DNA of 64,000 nt from Octopus bimaculoides. Lineage: Eukaryota. The stretch lies in the NCBI RefSeq assembly GCF_001194135.2, contig NC_068992.1:8579165-8643164 (forward strand), in the 5' to 3' direction. Shown here piece by piece: positions 1 through 13,165 of the stretch; positions within the stretch are counted from its first letter, which is position 1, and the number at the start of each line of letters is the position of its first letter. The notes under the pieces are model-generated. The model had not been told where the DNA came from and searched no databases. It worked only from the letters and a program-made list of their open reading frames with translations. The position numbers and the translations under genes were made by a program.

Positions 1-198
1 TGCAGAGAGAGAGAAACAATTTGTACAGTTTTGAAGAGGAAGGATTGGAGAAAAGGTGTGTAGAGCATAGAGGACCTGAAAGAAGAGACTCTGGTGAGAT
101 ACACTGGAATGGTAAGAGAAGGACAGATAAATGTGTTGAATGGCACTCAGTTTTTCTATTTATTCTAGTTTCAAATGATTAGAGGCTGTAATAATAAA

Positions 199-414
199 GG
201 TTTCAAATTTTGGCACAAGGCCAGCAAGTTCAGGGGAGGGGATAAGTTGATTATATCGACCCCAGTGCTCAAAACTGGTACTTACTTTATTGACCCTGAA
301 AAGATGATAGGCAAAGTTGACCTTGGTGGAATTTGAACTCAGAATGTTAAGAAGGACGAAATGCTGCTAAGCATTTTGCCTAACGTGCTAACGATTCTGC
401 CAGCTTACCACCTT
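199..414 (-). mobile_element. tRNA-head SINE, family D
   Basis: Reverse complement of aaggcggcgagctggcagaat...gagttcaaattccgcc.aggtcgactttgcctttcatcc (cf. 26384). Weaker copies at about 975-1100, 1240-1440, 1550-1680 and 43920-44085. Confidence 0.85.
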
Positions 415-2400
415 AGAGGCCGTTAAAATAATAATAGAAGGAGCAGTAAGTGGAAGACTAAGGTTTGCAATCATTTGGTTTTGTAGGGGAATGATTTAGT
501 GAAGGATATTTGATGCAGTACTATCTTTGAATAGTTTTTACAGAGATAATTAACATCATATAAAATATTTTACATGAATTAATACATTCTATCACATTTA
601 AGTAAAACATATTTTCATTGGTATGATTAAATAAATATTTTAGTATTGAATAAATTTCGCAAATGTCATTTACACACCAAAGAACTATATAAAAATAATT
701 TAATGAATGAGCAGTTATAAATTGAAAATCATTTACTTTCAAAGCCATGGTTAAGTGTGCAAGACGAATTAGTTATTCCATTGTACATTTGCTTTAGCAT
801 TATCTGTAAATCATTAAAGTAAAATCATTGCTTTTCAGTCGGACAAAAAATTTCAGAATTGATAATTCCTAATTTATCATGAAAATAAATGAAAATACAA
901 TTAATCTGCAGAGTTTAATTATATAGTGACAATTAAAATCAAAGTTCTTTATTATAAATATAATATTGATTTCTAGCATAGGCACCACAAGGTCTCAGTA
1001 GGTTATATTGACTCCAGTACATGACTAGTATTTTATTGACCTCAGAAGAATAGAAGGCAAAGTTGATCCTGGTAGAATGTGAACTCAAAACATAAATAGT
1101 TTTCGTCCACCCATCTCCATCAATTAAAAATATATCAGTGAAATAAAAATTTAAGCCACAACTAAATCTAAGCTATTGCTAGTTATCTCTTAATAAACAC
1201 AAATAAATCTCCTATTGATACTATTTATCTCATAATATTGATTCATATCAACTGGCGCAGGGCCACACATTTTTGTAAGGAAGGGGTAGGGGGTGACAAA
1301 TTGAACCTAGTACTTTACCACCACTTTATTTTATCATCCCACCTCCATCACAGACGGATGAAAAGTAAAGTGATTTTTTTTTACTTCAGGATATAAAGGG
1401 ACATAACTAAATACTGCCTAGGCATTTTCTCAGCTCTCTTACAATCCACTATTCTCCTCCTTTACACAACAATAATTATACAGGAAATATATGCAATATA
1501 TATATATATATTGCATGTTCATATGTACATCATATATTACATCAACCTTATTTTCACAAGCCTGAAAGGATGAAAGTTAAAGCTAACTGGCAGAATTTAA
1601 ACTCAGAACATAAAGGCAGACAAACTGCCACTAAGCTTTTCACCTAGTGTGCTAATGATTCTAGAAATTTGTCACCTTCACTGAGTTATATATTAACAAG
1701 AGTAGTAAATGGACATGCAGTATTAAAGTTTTGTTGCCAAAGTAAGGTAAATGGAAGTAGAGCCAAATGGAGACATGGCATCTCCTGCACAAAATCTGCA
1801 TCCACTGAAACTGACTCTGTACCTGTCAAAACCTGAAATATATTGGTACCAGAGAAATCTGGAGGAAATGTATACCTTGTGAAGAGAGGAAGAATGCTAG
1901 TGAAGAATTTATAAAGGCAGCTGAAGCAATGAAACAATCTAATACTGAACTTATCATAAAAATCAACAGTACAAAGACTATAAAATACTGGTTAGGAACA
2001 GGAAGTCAAAATCCAAGAGATGTCTGGGTAGTGATTTGCTTTAGATGTAGCAGGGACATGATAGGACACCACCATTTGGTACAGTCACAGGCTTGGAAGA
2101 AATCAAATGATAGGAGAGAAAGGCTCAACAAAATCGACCACATCCTACACCTATGCAGTCAATGTCATTGACTCTTCAATGCAAGAATTAGTTTACAGAG
2201 TCATCAACACCATCACCATAGAGGAAGTTTTCAGCAAAGAAGAAACTAAATTCTTGGATATGAGATAAAGCTGATGACAACAAGTAAGTAGAGGGTAAGA
2301 AACTCAATATTGAGTATTTAGTGCAAACAATATGTATTGAAAAGGAGCAGTGGAATCTCTGTTAGAGTGAGTGAGATCCAAGTTTTTAGCTAGTGTAGGC

Positions 2401-2832
2401 ACAGGCATGGGTGTAGATGTAGGTGTGGCCGCATGGTAAAAACTTTGCTTCCTAACCACATGGTTTCAGGTTCACTCTCATGGCATGGCACCTTGGACAA
2501 CTGACTTCTACCACAGCCCCAGGCCGACTAAACCTTGTGAGTGTATTTGGTAGATAGAAACTGAAATAAGTATGCATGTGTGTATGCAGGTGTATATTAC
2601 TGTCACCTTGGCTTGACATCATGATAGTTGTAAACAAGTTTCACTGTTATGCAAGTGGTGTCCATTTCCAATCTTCCATGAAAACATACTGGGTCATGAG
2701 GAACTATTTGCTTGGAAATAAGTGAAAGCTGGCAACAGGAAGGCGGCTTGCCATAACGAAATCAGCCTTAACAAATTCCATCTGACTTATGCCAGTATGG
2801 AAAAGTGGATGTTAAAACGAGGATGATGATGA
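2401..2832 (+). mobile_element. Old composite SINE: family-B head with RTE-type (GAT)n tail
   Basis: The head resembles family B. The 3' part ...ggaaaagtggatgttaaaacgaggatgatgatga resembles the RTE tail at 4990-5030. Confidence 0.65.
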
Positions 2833-4805
2833 CTAAATGAGCAGGAGAAGGTAATCAGTAACTGCTTGCATGAAATGATGTCAATGAATTTTACTCAGAT
2901 GGATTGCTTGACATTGTTGATAGTTTTCCTTTTTGTATTACCTCAGTGACCAAATAAGGGCAAAAAAATAGATGAAGTGAACATATAGCTAGAGTAATAA
3001 AGAGGGGAAAGGAGTGCAGAGACTTGTTCACCATACAAAAGCAGATTATATGAACCATGTACATGAAGTGTGAAGTTATATGTTCACACTTTATGGTGAA
3101 TGAGGGACAGATATTGAAAACGTGAAGCCCAGTAGAGGTTGAGGAAAAATGAGTCAGGTATGACTCCTTGGGTGTATAATTTTAACCTTCTGCCTAAAAG
3201 GTAGTTCTGAGAGGGGGAAAGTGGGCAGGCATTAAAACATCAAGGGAGATGACTGAGCTGGTGTTTAGACTAACAGTGGAACATACAGGGATATAAAAAG
3301 ACCATGGGAGAAGAGATACATCTAAATATCAAGATGTGACACATTAATAGGATGTTACAGGATAAAGAGGAATGATATAAGTCATAAATGTAGACTCATC
3401 CTACCTATAATCAGCAGAGAAAACACTAAATGATAATAATGGGGACACACACACACACTCATAGGTACATTTGTGTTATCAGCACTGTTTTGTCATTGAA
3501 GACTTGGTCTTTGAATTCCATTGTTAGATTCTTAGTAATAACATCTGTTCAGATTTTCCTTTAAGGGCAGTCAGACCTCATAGTATAAAAATAATTTTTA
3601 TTTAATGTCAGAATGTGAAGAATAGAATACAGTTGAGAAGTGTCAGCTAATTAACACATATAGACACATATGCATATATATGTACATATTCACATACATT
3701 TCTATTATCACGTAAGCATTTATATATACATATGAATTCATACACAATATTTATATACATACATTACACACACACACACAGTCACGTACATATAGACATA
3801 CACGCAAGTAAACGTATAAAGTAGTTATCATTTAAACTCTGCAAAAAACTATCCACCCCTATGAATTCAAATTCCACCCTTTTCTCCTTGCTTTCACCTT
3901 CTTTCCTTATGAGGGAAGATGTAAGGTTACAGACCTACCTTTACAGTTTTGTATGAAAAGCTTGTCTGACAAAATAGTGACACCGAAATATGACTCCCCT
4001 CTCCCATTGTTGTTTAGTTTGTCTTGGTTGCTAAGAGAGAAGAAACAGTCATTTTCATCTCTGCTATAAAAACAAAAATAAATTTAAAAAAACAAAATAA
4101 AAATTCTGCATTCAGTCACTGCTGTAGAATATACCCTTGCTGTGTTGAAATTGTGAATATATTCTCATTATATTGTATTCGTAAATATATCCATATTATT
4201 ATTGAAAGAAGCCTTCAAAAGCAGAGATTAATACATTCTATACTATTCAGAGACAAATTAGGTTTCAGAGAAGTGATTGGACAACAACTATACTTCATGG
4301 AAAGGTGATAACAGACAATGATTTGAGAAGCCCTAACTGAAAAAGAGCTTCTTCCTTTGTTTTTTTGTTTTGAATTTGAACAAATTATTTTACTCAGTCT
4401 AACAACCAGATGAGAGTCTATTGATACATCCAAGTGTTGGTACATAATTAATTATATGAGAGTGAAATAGCAGAAACTAAAATATATGCAAAAGACCCAC
4501 GCATATAAAATTACAGTTGATATTTCCAACCATCTCAGAGAGAGTTGGAAGCTTGTCACACAAGAAAATCATCACATCTATGTTTGGTGAGGCACTTGGC
4601 TATAATCTAAAGACATTCTGAAACACCAGATATCCTTCTGTTGACTGAAATTATTGGTACAAATAACCTATAGCTCCAGTTACATGATGCAAGCTACTAA
4701 CTGCTTAAGGACATTTCTTAGTTTATCAACTATAGATATTTGACAAGAATGACTTTCAAGTTTGAGGTCTGTTAGAATTACATAGTTTATATATATTATA
4801 TATTT

Positions 4806-5030
4806 GAGCGTGATCATTACCAGTGTTGCCTTACTGGCCCTTGTGCCGGTGGCATGTAAAAACACCCACTACACTCTCGGAGTGGTTGGCGTTAGGAAGG
4901 GCATCCAGCTGTAGAAACTCTGCCAGATCAGACTGGAGCCTGGTGCAACCATCTGGTTCGCCAGTCCTCAGTCAAACCGTCCAACCCATGCTAGCATGGA
5001 AAGCGGACGTTAAACGATGATGATGATGAT
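4806..5030 (+). mobile_element. RTE-type LINE 3' end with (GAT)n tail
   Basis: ggaagggcatccagctgtagaaactctgccagatcagactggagcc...acccatgctagcatggaaagcggacgttaaacgatgatgat. Many copies in the window. Confidence 0.8.
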
Positions 5031-5816
5031 ATTACTAACTAAATATCTACTTTTAATAAGCTGTTTTCTTGTAACCAAGAAAATTATGAAAGAGAAATGG
5101 CAGGCTCTAAAGAATTTCTCAAAACTATAAAAGTTTAAAAGTTCAAAATAAGCACCTGCAAATAAACATGACATGAAGGTGTTTGATGGAGAGATGGAAG
5201 TCATTTATGGAATGTTACTATTTGAGCCAATTTTGTTTCTGTTAGAGCATTCCTTGTCAGAGAATCAGTGGCAGGATATTTCAGCTCCTCTTATTCAATG
5301 GATTTCCAAGTAACAAATTCTCTTCCTCAAAATTTGATTTCTGAGCAAACACTAAGAGAATAATCAGACCATTTAGTGACAGCTTTCAAGTAAGTTCTAA
5401 AGCGAAGAGACCAGTTCTAATAAGGCAACTGAACATTTTCAAACTCATTGGAAAATGGACACTGAACCACAAGGCATCAAGAAATGTTACTAGAACCACT
5501 CCCTCCTCCTCTCTTTCACTCTAAAAACATGCATATATAATTCGATTAGAGGTTATGTTAACCTCATGAAGGGATGGTTTCATCCAACGAAATATGGGTT
5601 CAATACTTAGTATTTTGGGGGAATTAATTTCCTTAAAATAATAGGTATATGAATAAAAACATAGTTTATATTCATATAAAAGAAGAAAAAGAAAATGGAG
5701 ATTGCGAAGGTAATAATTGTTTATTATTAACAGCAAATTAATCATCCCTAGGGATAATGATTAATTTGCTGTTAATAATAAATTATTAACTTCCCCACCT
5801 TCATTTTCTTTTTCTT

Positions 5817-5818
<2 letters not shown>

Positions 5819-5877
<59 letters not shown>
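5819..5877. repeat. (TA)n microsatellite
   Basis: Direct reading. Further (TA)n tracts flank most gaps. Confidence 0.98.
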
Positions 5878-5880
<3 letters not shown>

Positions 5881-6679
5881 CGATATGGCCAGTTACCCGA
5901 TGTTTCACAGCTATAATGATTGTTAATGAGATTATTTGCCCCTTTGGAGACAATTTGTACTTGAATGCAACAGGAACCCCATAACATTGAAATTCCACTG
6001 GTCAAGATCTTCATATTCATACATGTACCTGTATTTTTTTTTAATAAATTAATATCTTCAAATTGGTAAACTGAGAAAAAATCTGGCTAGTCAAATCAAA
6101 ATCTAGTGTTAAAATTTCAATTACCAAATCATACACATTTTCAATGAAAGAATGTCAGTCTCAGTGTGTAAGAAGGCATAACTCCACAGACTTTTCTTAT
6201 AAGCAGGTGGTATACACCATTATATTTTACAACTGTTTTTTGGCTTACCTTGCTTCAAACAAGATGCACACAAAATACATTTAAATAGATTATAAAATTT
6301 CATTGCAAATTTAGAAAGAAAACAAAATCACCTTTCAATCAATTCAATACTCACTCACACACACACGACTGAAGACTACATGTTTTAGTGAAAATTTTTA
6401 GCAGCAGACATTTAGGTTAGTAACAGTTTTAAGTGACTTATCAAATGGTTCATAAGAACTTGCAATCCTTTCTGCTCACTCCTATTACTTCAATGATACT
6501 CAAATAATTGTTACAGTCAAGGTTTATCTCTACTGGAAATACTGTGTCATCATGTTTTATTTATGTAAAAATAACTAAAATCACTTAGAAATTTCTCTAT
6601 TGTTTTAGGTGTAATTGGTGTCTCTAGTGAGCATAAAAAGTGCAGATGCACTGAGAAAGATATCTTTCTCATATTCTTT

Positions 6680-7026
6680 TGTATGGAATGTGAGATGTGA
6701 GTCTAGCAACAGAAGAATTTATGACTGAAGGTCATAAACTGTTAAACACAAAGTGTTCTCTCTAAGGGAAATATAGAGACTTGCAAATCTTCATGAAACC
6801 TCAACATTGTAGAGTTGGTTTTTATGAGAATGGAAGACAGCTGCATTCCAGAAATCTTACACTATATACCTGTTGTAAAGAGCGAGATCTGTTGAGAGAC
6901 CTATTTGGGATATATATTACCTGTAATTTTGGATTTTTATCCCTATTATATATATATATATTTTTATCCCTATATATATAACCCATGCTAGCATGGAAAG
7001 CGGACGTTAAACGATGATGATGATGA
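6680..7026 (+). mobile_element. RTE ORF2 C-terminal remnant plus short tail
   Basis: FMRMEDSCIPEILHY resembles RTE GHVMRMEDNRIPKQILHY. The tail at 6981-7026 is identical to 4985-5030. Confidence 0.55.
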
Positions 7027-7229
7027 TATATATATATATACATACACACACACTCACATATAAAAATATACATATAGACATACAAACATACATAACTTCA
7101 CATACACACAGTGACAGAGGTAGTATTAGTACCAAGAGGTAATATTTATCCCCCCTTAAATGTAGACGTTCTATAAAACTATAGTTTGTTCCAACAGAAC
7201 ATCCACATTTAAGTGGGGGATAAATATTA

Positions 7230-7275
<46 letters not shown>

Positions 7276-7915
7276 TGTACTTTCATATATATACAAACAC
7301 ATGTATATGATGGTTAAAACTTGATTTCAAGTAATGCCATTGCTTGGTTATTCTCTGTAAACATGTATGACATGGATGTAGCTTTTCAATTCTGCTTGGA
7401 GCCTGATGTGACAATGATGGGTGGCTCTTCCAACAGGTGTTCAGAGAGCTTACCACCCAAGCTGGCACATGCCTTCATTCCATTATAGAAGTTTCTAGTC
7501 TGTGTTTTGCCTTCCTCAGTTACAACCAGTTGCAGTACATAACACATAATAGAAATGTTAAAAAAAAATCAAGCAATGCTTGTGCCTGAAGCTTTTTAAA
7601 GTGAGAAAAGGTACATACATACATCATACCTAAATACATACATATACATAAATAAAAACACATTTATGTACACCCACATGTTTGTATCAAATACTGTCAG
7701 ACTCCATGTATAACAAACTATGTTGAAAACTGCCATCAACTGAGATTATCCAAACAATTAACAGACAAGAACTCCCTGTGACCTCTCAAATCTAAAAACA
7801 ATGAGTAAGTTGGAAAGTTAACTCAAAGAAGACTAGTCGAACACAATTTTTGGAGAATACAGACAATGTAGATTGGAGTGAACCTGGTCTTTAAAGACAA
7901 TGAGTGAAAGCAACA

Positions 7916-7946
7916 GATGTGTTTCGGGCTTATGAGATCTCAACAG
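7916..7946 (-). ncRNA. Decayed hammerhead ribozyme copy
   Basis: CTGTTGA-gatctcataagccc-GAAACACATC. About 140 bp of flank resembles the flank of the 8594 motif. Core and stems are mutated. Confidence 0.45.
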
Positions 7947-8124
7947 CAAAGCGAATTCTACTCAGTTAACAAGGTTTTGATTTATATATATAAATAATGG
8001 TACAAGACTGAGTATTACCATTTTGGTTGATAACTGATGAAAAATTAGGGACTCTCTGTGTCTGTCCCCCATCCAGTTGTACACTCAGTAAATGTATATG
8101 TTTTCTTTATGTCGTTTATTTACA

Positions 8125-8372
8125 AGCTAATGCCTTGTGAGCGAATTTGTTAAACAGAAATTGTGTGGTGGTGCATATCTTTGTTTTTGTCCCACCTCCA
8201 TATGACAACTGATATTGGTTTATTTACTTTCCACTAACTTAGCAATTTGGCAAATAAGACCAACAGAATAAGTACCAAACTTTAAGAATGGTACTGCAAT
8301 AGATTTATCAAAACCCTTCAAGGTGGTGGCCCAGCATGGCTACAGTCCAATGACTGAAAAAAGATAAAAAAG
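8125..8372 (+). mobile_element. Degenerate SINE family B
   Basis: gccttgtgagcgaatttg...ttggcaaataagaccaacagaataagtacc...cccagcatggctacagtccaatgactg. Confidence 0.65.
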
Positions 8373-8591
8373 ATATAGAAACAAAGGGAATATAATTTTC
8401 AGTTCGTTATATTACACACATGTGTGCATTTATATATAAGGATATGTACCATATATTTAGTATACTAATACTCCCAAGCTACTTACATCTCAGTCATATT
8501 GTTAATATTTGTTATCAGTATCACTACATTCTATCTCCATATTTATATAAATTGATCAGGCTTAGTCTTGCCATCTGGGTAGAATATACTT

Positions 8592-8626
8592 CACTGAGGA
8601 GGTCGAACAAGACCGAAACATGTCTG
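8592..8626 (+). ncRNA. Minimal type I hammerhead ribozyme motif
   Basis: CTGAGGA (8594-8600), stem II GGTC/GACC with a gaacaa loop, GAAA (8615-8618), palindromic stem III ACATGT, GTC cleavage triplet (C8624). Only 2 bp of stem I (ca/tg) are evident. Confidence 0.7.
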
Positions 8627-9943
8627 TTTTCACAAGTTAGCTTTCAAGATCAGATCTTCTCCAATGTGCATGTTTATGGTGTTGAAAAATTATTGCTGTT
8701 GTCTCCCTTCTTCTTAAGATATTTTTTTTAAATACTCCCAGACGAGGATTCTTGTCTAGTAATTGCATGGCTAATCACATATATTTAGCTTTATATGGTT
8801 TTACACAATCAGAATTATAATTAAACTAACTTCAGTCAAAATAATTACCAATCAGTGTGCAAACTAAAACAATCGATTATAAAATGATAGTAAAAGATTA
8901 CTGTTTGTCATTCATAAAATATGTAATTTTTATTATATATTTCTAATCTATTTCCAAAATGTGGTTGGGACTTTTTCTCCCTTAACGAGTATTTTAAAGA
9001 GCTTTGTAGCAATTATTTTGTAGAGGAAGTTAAAGTCAATTATTTTGCCTCTATAAGAGATAAAAGACGATATTACTTATTCATTTTATTTTATTTTTAT
9101 TCGTTGGGAGAAATATATATATTTTTAATTGTTATCATTAAATATTTGCTATAACAAAATATGAGTGGGTTTCTTGCGAATATAATGATTGATATCTACG
9201 AGGCCAAAATTATCAGACAATATTATTTGCGAATTAGGAGAGTGGCATTTTTATGTTCCAGAAAAATAAATAGAAATAAAGTTTCTCATACCCAAACATC
9301 TTTCACAAAATATTTAAAATAATAATAACAAAAACAATTTGGCATTAATTATAAATTATTTCGTTTGTTATTTGTGCTGTTATTTCTTTACTTAAAGGTA
9401 GATAACTTTTGTGAGCTTAAGTCAAAAGTGGGCGTTTCCTTTCCCTGACAAAATCTTCAAAATAAAAATTGTAAAACTATCTTGCTAAGTAAGCCAAGAG
9501 AAGTTTCTCTATAAATAATGGAATAGCTGGTATTTTACAGGCTTACTAATTCATAAATTTGCTCGGTTAAAAGAAAGTTTTTTCCCCTTTTTTTTTCATG
9601 ATATAAATTGAACAATTTAAAATAAGCTTTTGGTAGCACAGTATTTGCGTTTTAAAACTCATTCTAACCTAGAAATATACTAAGTAGAACTAACAAAGCC
9701 TTTTGTAATGCTTGACATTAAATATGTTCAAACAAAAACAAAAACAAAAAAAAAAACGAAAAACATAAAACTTCACTAACTTATAAATTTTAAGTTGAAA
9801 ATTTTATAAATATAATGATGTGTTTTGTTCCGAAATATGTTAGCAGATATAAGATACAAAAATGTTTCAATAATTTAATGTCGAAGAGCACCAAAACATA
9901 GTCACTCAGTGGAATTACTATCCATTTTTCATTGGTCAGCATT

Positions 9944-11052
9944 TCAACCAAGCTCTTCTTCAGCTTGGCTGAATTCACTATCGTCTATAATAGTGGAAAG
10001 ACGCAACTCTTTGGCATCAACAGCATTTAACACCTGCATGTTGACCAACCGTTGCTCAATATCACGGGTTAGCTTGCCAGTTGAATAATCTGACTGCAAT
10101 TGTTTTAATTGATCTTTTGTCATACAAATATTCATTACAACTAACGTGTCTCTTCGAAGCGCACTCATAACAAGTGTTCCTCGATCTTGTTCGAAATATT
10201 TTATTAGGTTTGTATAGTGTGAGTTTCCAGCACTATCAAAGAGGACATAAAACCTGTGAGCCTTCTCATCCAAAACCTCTCCGTCGCCACGCCATTCTTC
10301 TGCCAATTCAACTTTCCTAGATATCGATCTCCCTTGCTCCAGTGACATGAACATACCTTGTTTAGCAGGGGAAGGCCCAGGGAACATACTGTTTTTGCTT
10401 GAGGCAATACTATTCGAATCTCTCCTGTAGCCTTGAATCAAAACGGAATTACCAGAGTGTCGACTTTTTAAAGATTCAGGAGAGGAATAATGACTTTCAT
10501 TCAAGGAATTTTTGTAATGAACAATATCAGTAATATTAGGATTCTCATTTCTGTGACTTTTGCTAGACTTTCTGTTCAGATAATATTTGCCATTTAGCGA
10601 TGCCCTTTCCTCATGCCACTTAATGCGAGTAGATGGAGAGCTGGTCACTACATTGGTATATCGTGAAATGTCTGGAGGAGTAACTTGCTGTGTCCGATCT
10701 CGACGATTTGGAACATTATGCTTCTTTTGTTTGGGGTCTTTTTTACGACGGAATAGGCTTGGGAAGCAGATGCACCAGCATCTCTTCGGTTTGATGATAT
10801 CGTCATCATCTTCATGACTGTAAGCATACTCTTTGATGAGATGTGGTTGAATATTTGCTCCCTCCTCAGGCGACTCTAATAATGTCATATTCTCATAAGA
10901 ACAGTGACGTCGTCGACTTGGAGAGAAGCTGATTTCGACACTGTGTGTTCCTGTGCTGCTACTAAGGTCTTCAACACTCACTCTATCCAAGAGTTCCATT
11001 TTTGGAACAAGTGCCTTAACAGCTTCCACCTGGATGCGTATAGCCACTTGAC
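9944..11052 (-). CDS. Terminal coding exon: Ser/basic low-complexity linker plus C-terminal TRADD-N-like domain
   Basis: Longest ORF in the window (374 aa on the track). Acceptor ttgttttcaattctag|GT at 11053/11052 completes a phase-1 Gly codon. Stop TGA at 9946-9944. The C-terminus LVVMNICMTKDQLKQLQSDYSTGKLTRDIEQRLVNMQVLNAVDAKELRLSTIIDDSEF resembles the invertebrate TRADD-N-like pattern as I recall it; the domain call is less certain than the exon. Confidence 0.88.
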
Positions 11053-12330
11053 CTAGAATTGAAAACAAAGATAAATATTACAAATTTAAAAAAAAATTAA
11101 TTAATGTCTTCAAAAGCATAATTACATTTAAAACAAGGACATAAAACTGATTTCCAACACATAAAAGTTATTTTATTTTCACAATACATATACACACACA
11201 CACACACACAACATTTATAAATGGGTAGATTTGTGGTTAGATTTCACAACTGATGACCTCACAGAAAAGATGTTGAACCATCAAAAATGAGTTGTGTAAT
11301 ATTGCACAGTAGACACATCCAACCTAATGTTGATATTAAATTAAATAGTTGAAAATAAAAACAACCTTTTAGAACTGAATAAGTAAGAAATATAAATCCC
11401 ATATATATTACTGCTGTCAAAATAGTGACCATATTAGACTGCAATAGTGACCATATATTTTAGGACTTTCACATTGTATATTAGTATATACAACTTTCAT
11501 ATCCACCGAAATAAGTATTGCAGAGAAACAGAAAATATCAATTCTATTTTTTGGTGGATAATTAATATCATTATAGCAATGACCATGAAATTTAATTACA
11601 CAGTCAAATGTTTAATGTTTGTTTCTTATAACTTCATATAATTGCATAATTTCTAAAAAAAGAAATTAAATTCTAGTATTCTGAACTGAAAACTTAGTGG
11701 CAATTTAGTTTTAGCATATTTAAATAAGCAACAAAGGAAAAAGTCACAGAAAAAGTTCAATAAATGACATTAGATAAAATATTTTAATCAATATCTTCAA
11801 TATTTTTTTTCACTTGCATGTGAAAATATAATCTGTGTACAGGTTATGTATAACCAGTGAGTAAGTGATTTAAGCTAATACTTGTTTATTTGTATTATTT
11901 ATTATTTATGATGTATAAATGAAATGTAACATTTTCCCTCTGTCCAAAATTGTGACTTTTTCCCCAGTGTGACTTCATTTCTGTTCACTATTCATTCAGG
12001 TCAGCGTGTTATTATAAGTTTCAATTTAATTTCGGTCACACAAACTTAGTGACACTAACAGGTTGCATACTAAGCCAGATGTTACATCTTAGTTTAATAT
12101 TCAATAAACAATGATAATCAATAAAAAAAAAAAAATACAGATTTTACATTGTTGTTTATCAATATTATTTTATACAGTTTGGAAAAATTGATTTCTTTTA
12201 TTAACAAAGCTTACAAGTAATGAATTAAAACTAAACCTGACAACTAAAACTTGGCTGTTTAGGTAAAACACCTACCAACTTAATTTTTTTTTTTATAATG
12301 GTAATATGGAATAAACCAATTATGTACTGA

Positions 12331-12590
12331 CAACGACCATGCTCAAAAGGTGTTTTTTATGTGCCACCTGCATGGGAGCCAGTCAGGCAGCACTAGCAAC
12401 GACCATGCTCGAACGTTGTTTTTCACATGCCACCAGCACATGTGCCAGTAAGGCGATGCTGGCAACGATCACGCTCGAATGTGCTTTTTACGTACCACCA
12501 GCACAAGAGCCAGTCAGTGGCCTGGCAACAATCATGCTCGGACGGTGCTTTTAACATTCCAGTGGCACAAGTGCCAATCAGGTGGTACTG
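12331..12590 (-). repeat. About four diverged ~60-bp tandem units from the RTE-type 3' region
   Basis: Repeating caacga(c/t)ca(t/c)gctcgaa...gtg(c/t)tttt..(c/t)gtgcca.c.gcac..gagccagt. The same units occur at 44290-44445 and 48720-49020. Confidence 0.75.
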
Positions 12591-12876
12591 TCATTAATCA
12601 ATTATTGAAGTCCATTTCAACTGTCATTCAGTGGGTCCATTTCATTTTAAAGATGATTTGTGGGAGTTTGAGCTGCTATTTCTAGCAAGTTGAAAGATCA
12701 TGTGGTGGCTCATTGGCTTGGGCTGTTTCTGTATAAATCAATGGTGTTACCCAATACTGGTTACTATACATAACATTAAACAATGGGTTTCATTGTTATA
12801 ATATCAGGAGAATCAGTGCAGATTTATTAGCAGATAATTTCCAACAGTACTGCCTGATTGGCACTTGTGCCATTGG

Positions 12877-12956
12877 AACGCCCGGTCTGGGAATTGAAAC
12901 CGCGATCCTATGACCGCGAGTCTGCTACCCTAACCACTGGGCCATTGTGCCTCCAC
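12877..12956 (-). mobile_element. SINE family A, tRNA-head fragment only
   Basis: Matches 35769-35847. Confidence 0.85.
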
Positions 12957-13127
12957 TGTGTGTAGATAAACCACATGTAACAACAAAAGTAGAGCAGAAT
13001 ATCACTGGAAACATGGAAGTAAATGTATTAAATATACTAAACATGTATTAAACTTGCCACAGCTGACAAACAAATCACTGTCAAGGAACTGAAGAGTTCT
13101 GAATGTAAGTGTTCCATGCTCATGTCA

Positions 13128-13165
<38 letters not shown>

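Noticed and set aside
6607-6705. Plus-strand exon-like GVIGVSSEHKKCRCTEKDIFLIFF
   Set aside because: Adjacent frames match decayed RTE ORF2, and it ends at an RTE tail.
12331-12590. Regularly spaced ~60-bp repeats resembling a CRISPR array
   Set aside because: The whole unit is repeated (no unique spacers), it recurs inside RTE-type 3' ends at 44.3 and 48.8 kb, and there are no cas genes in this eukaryotic context.
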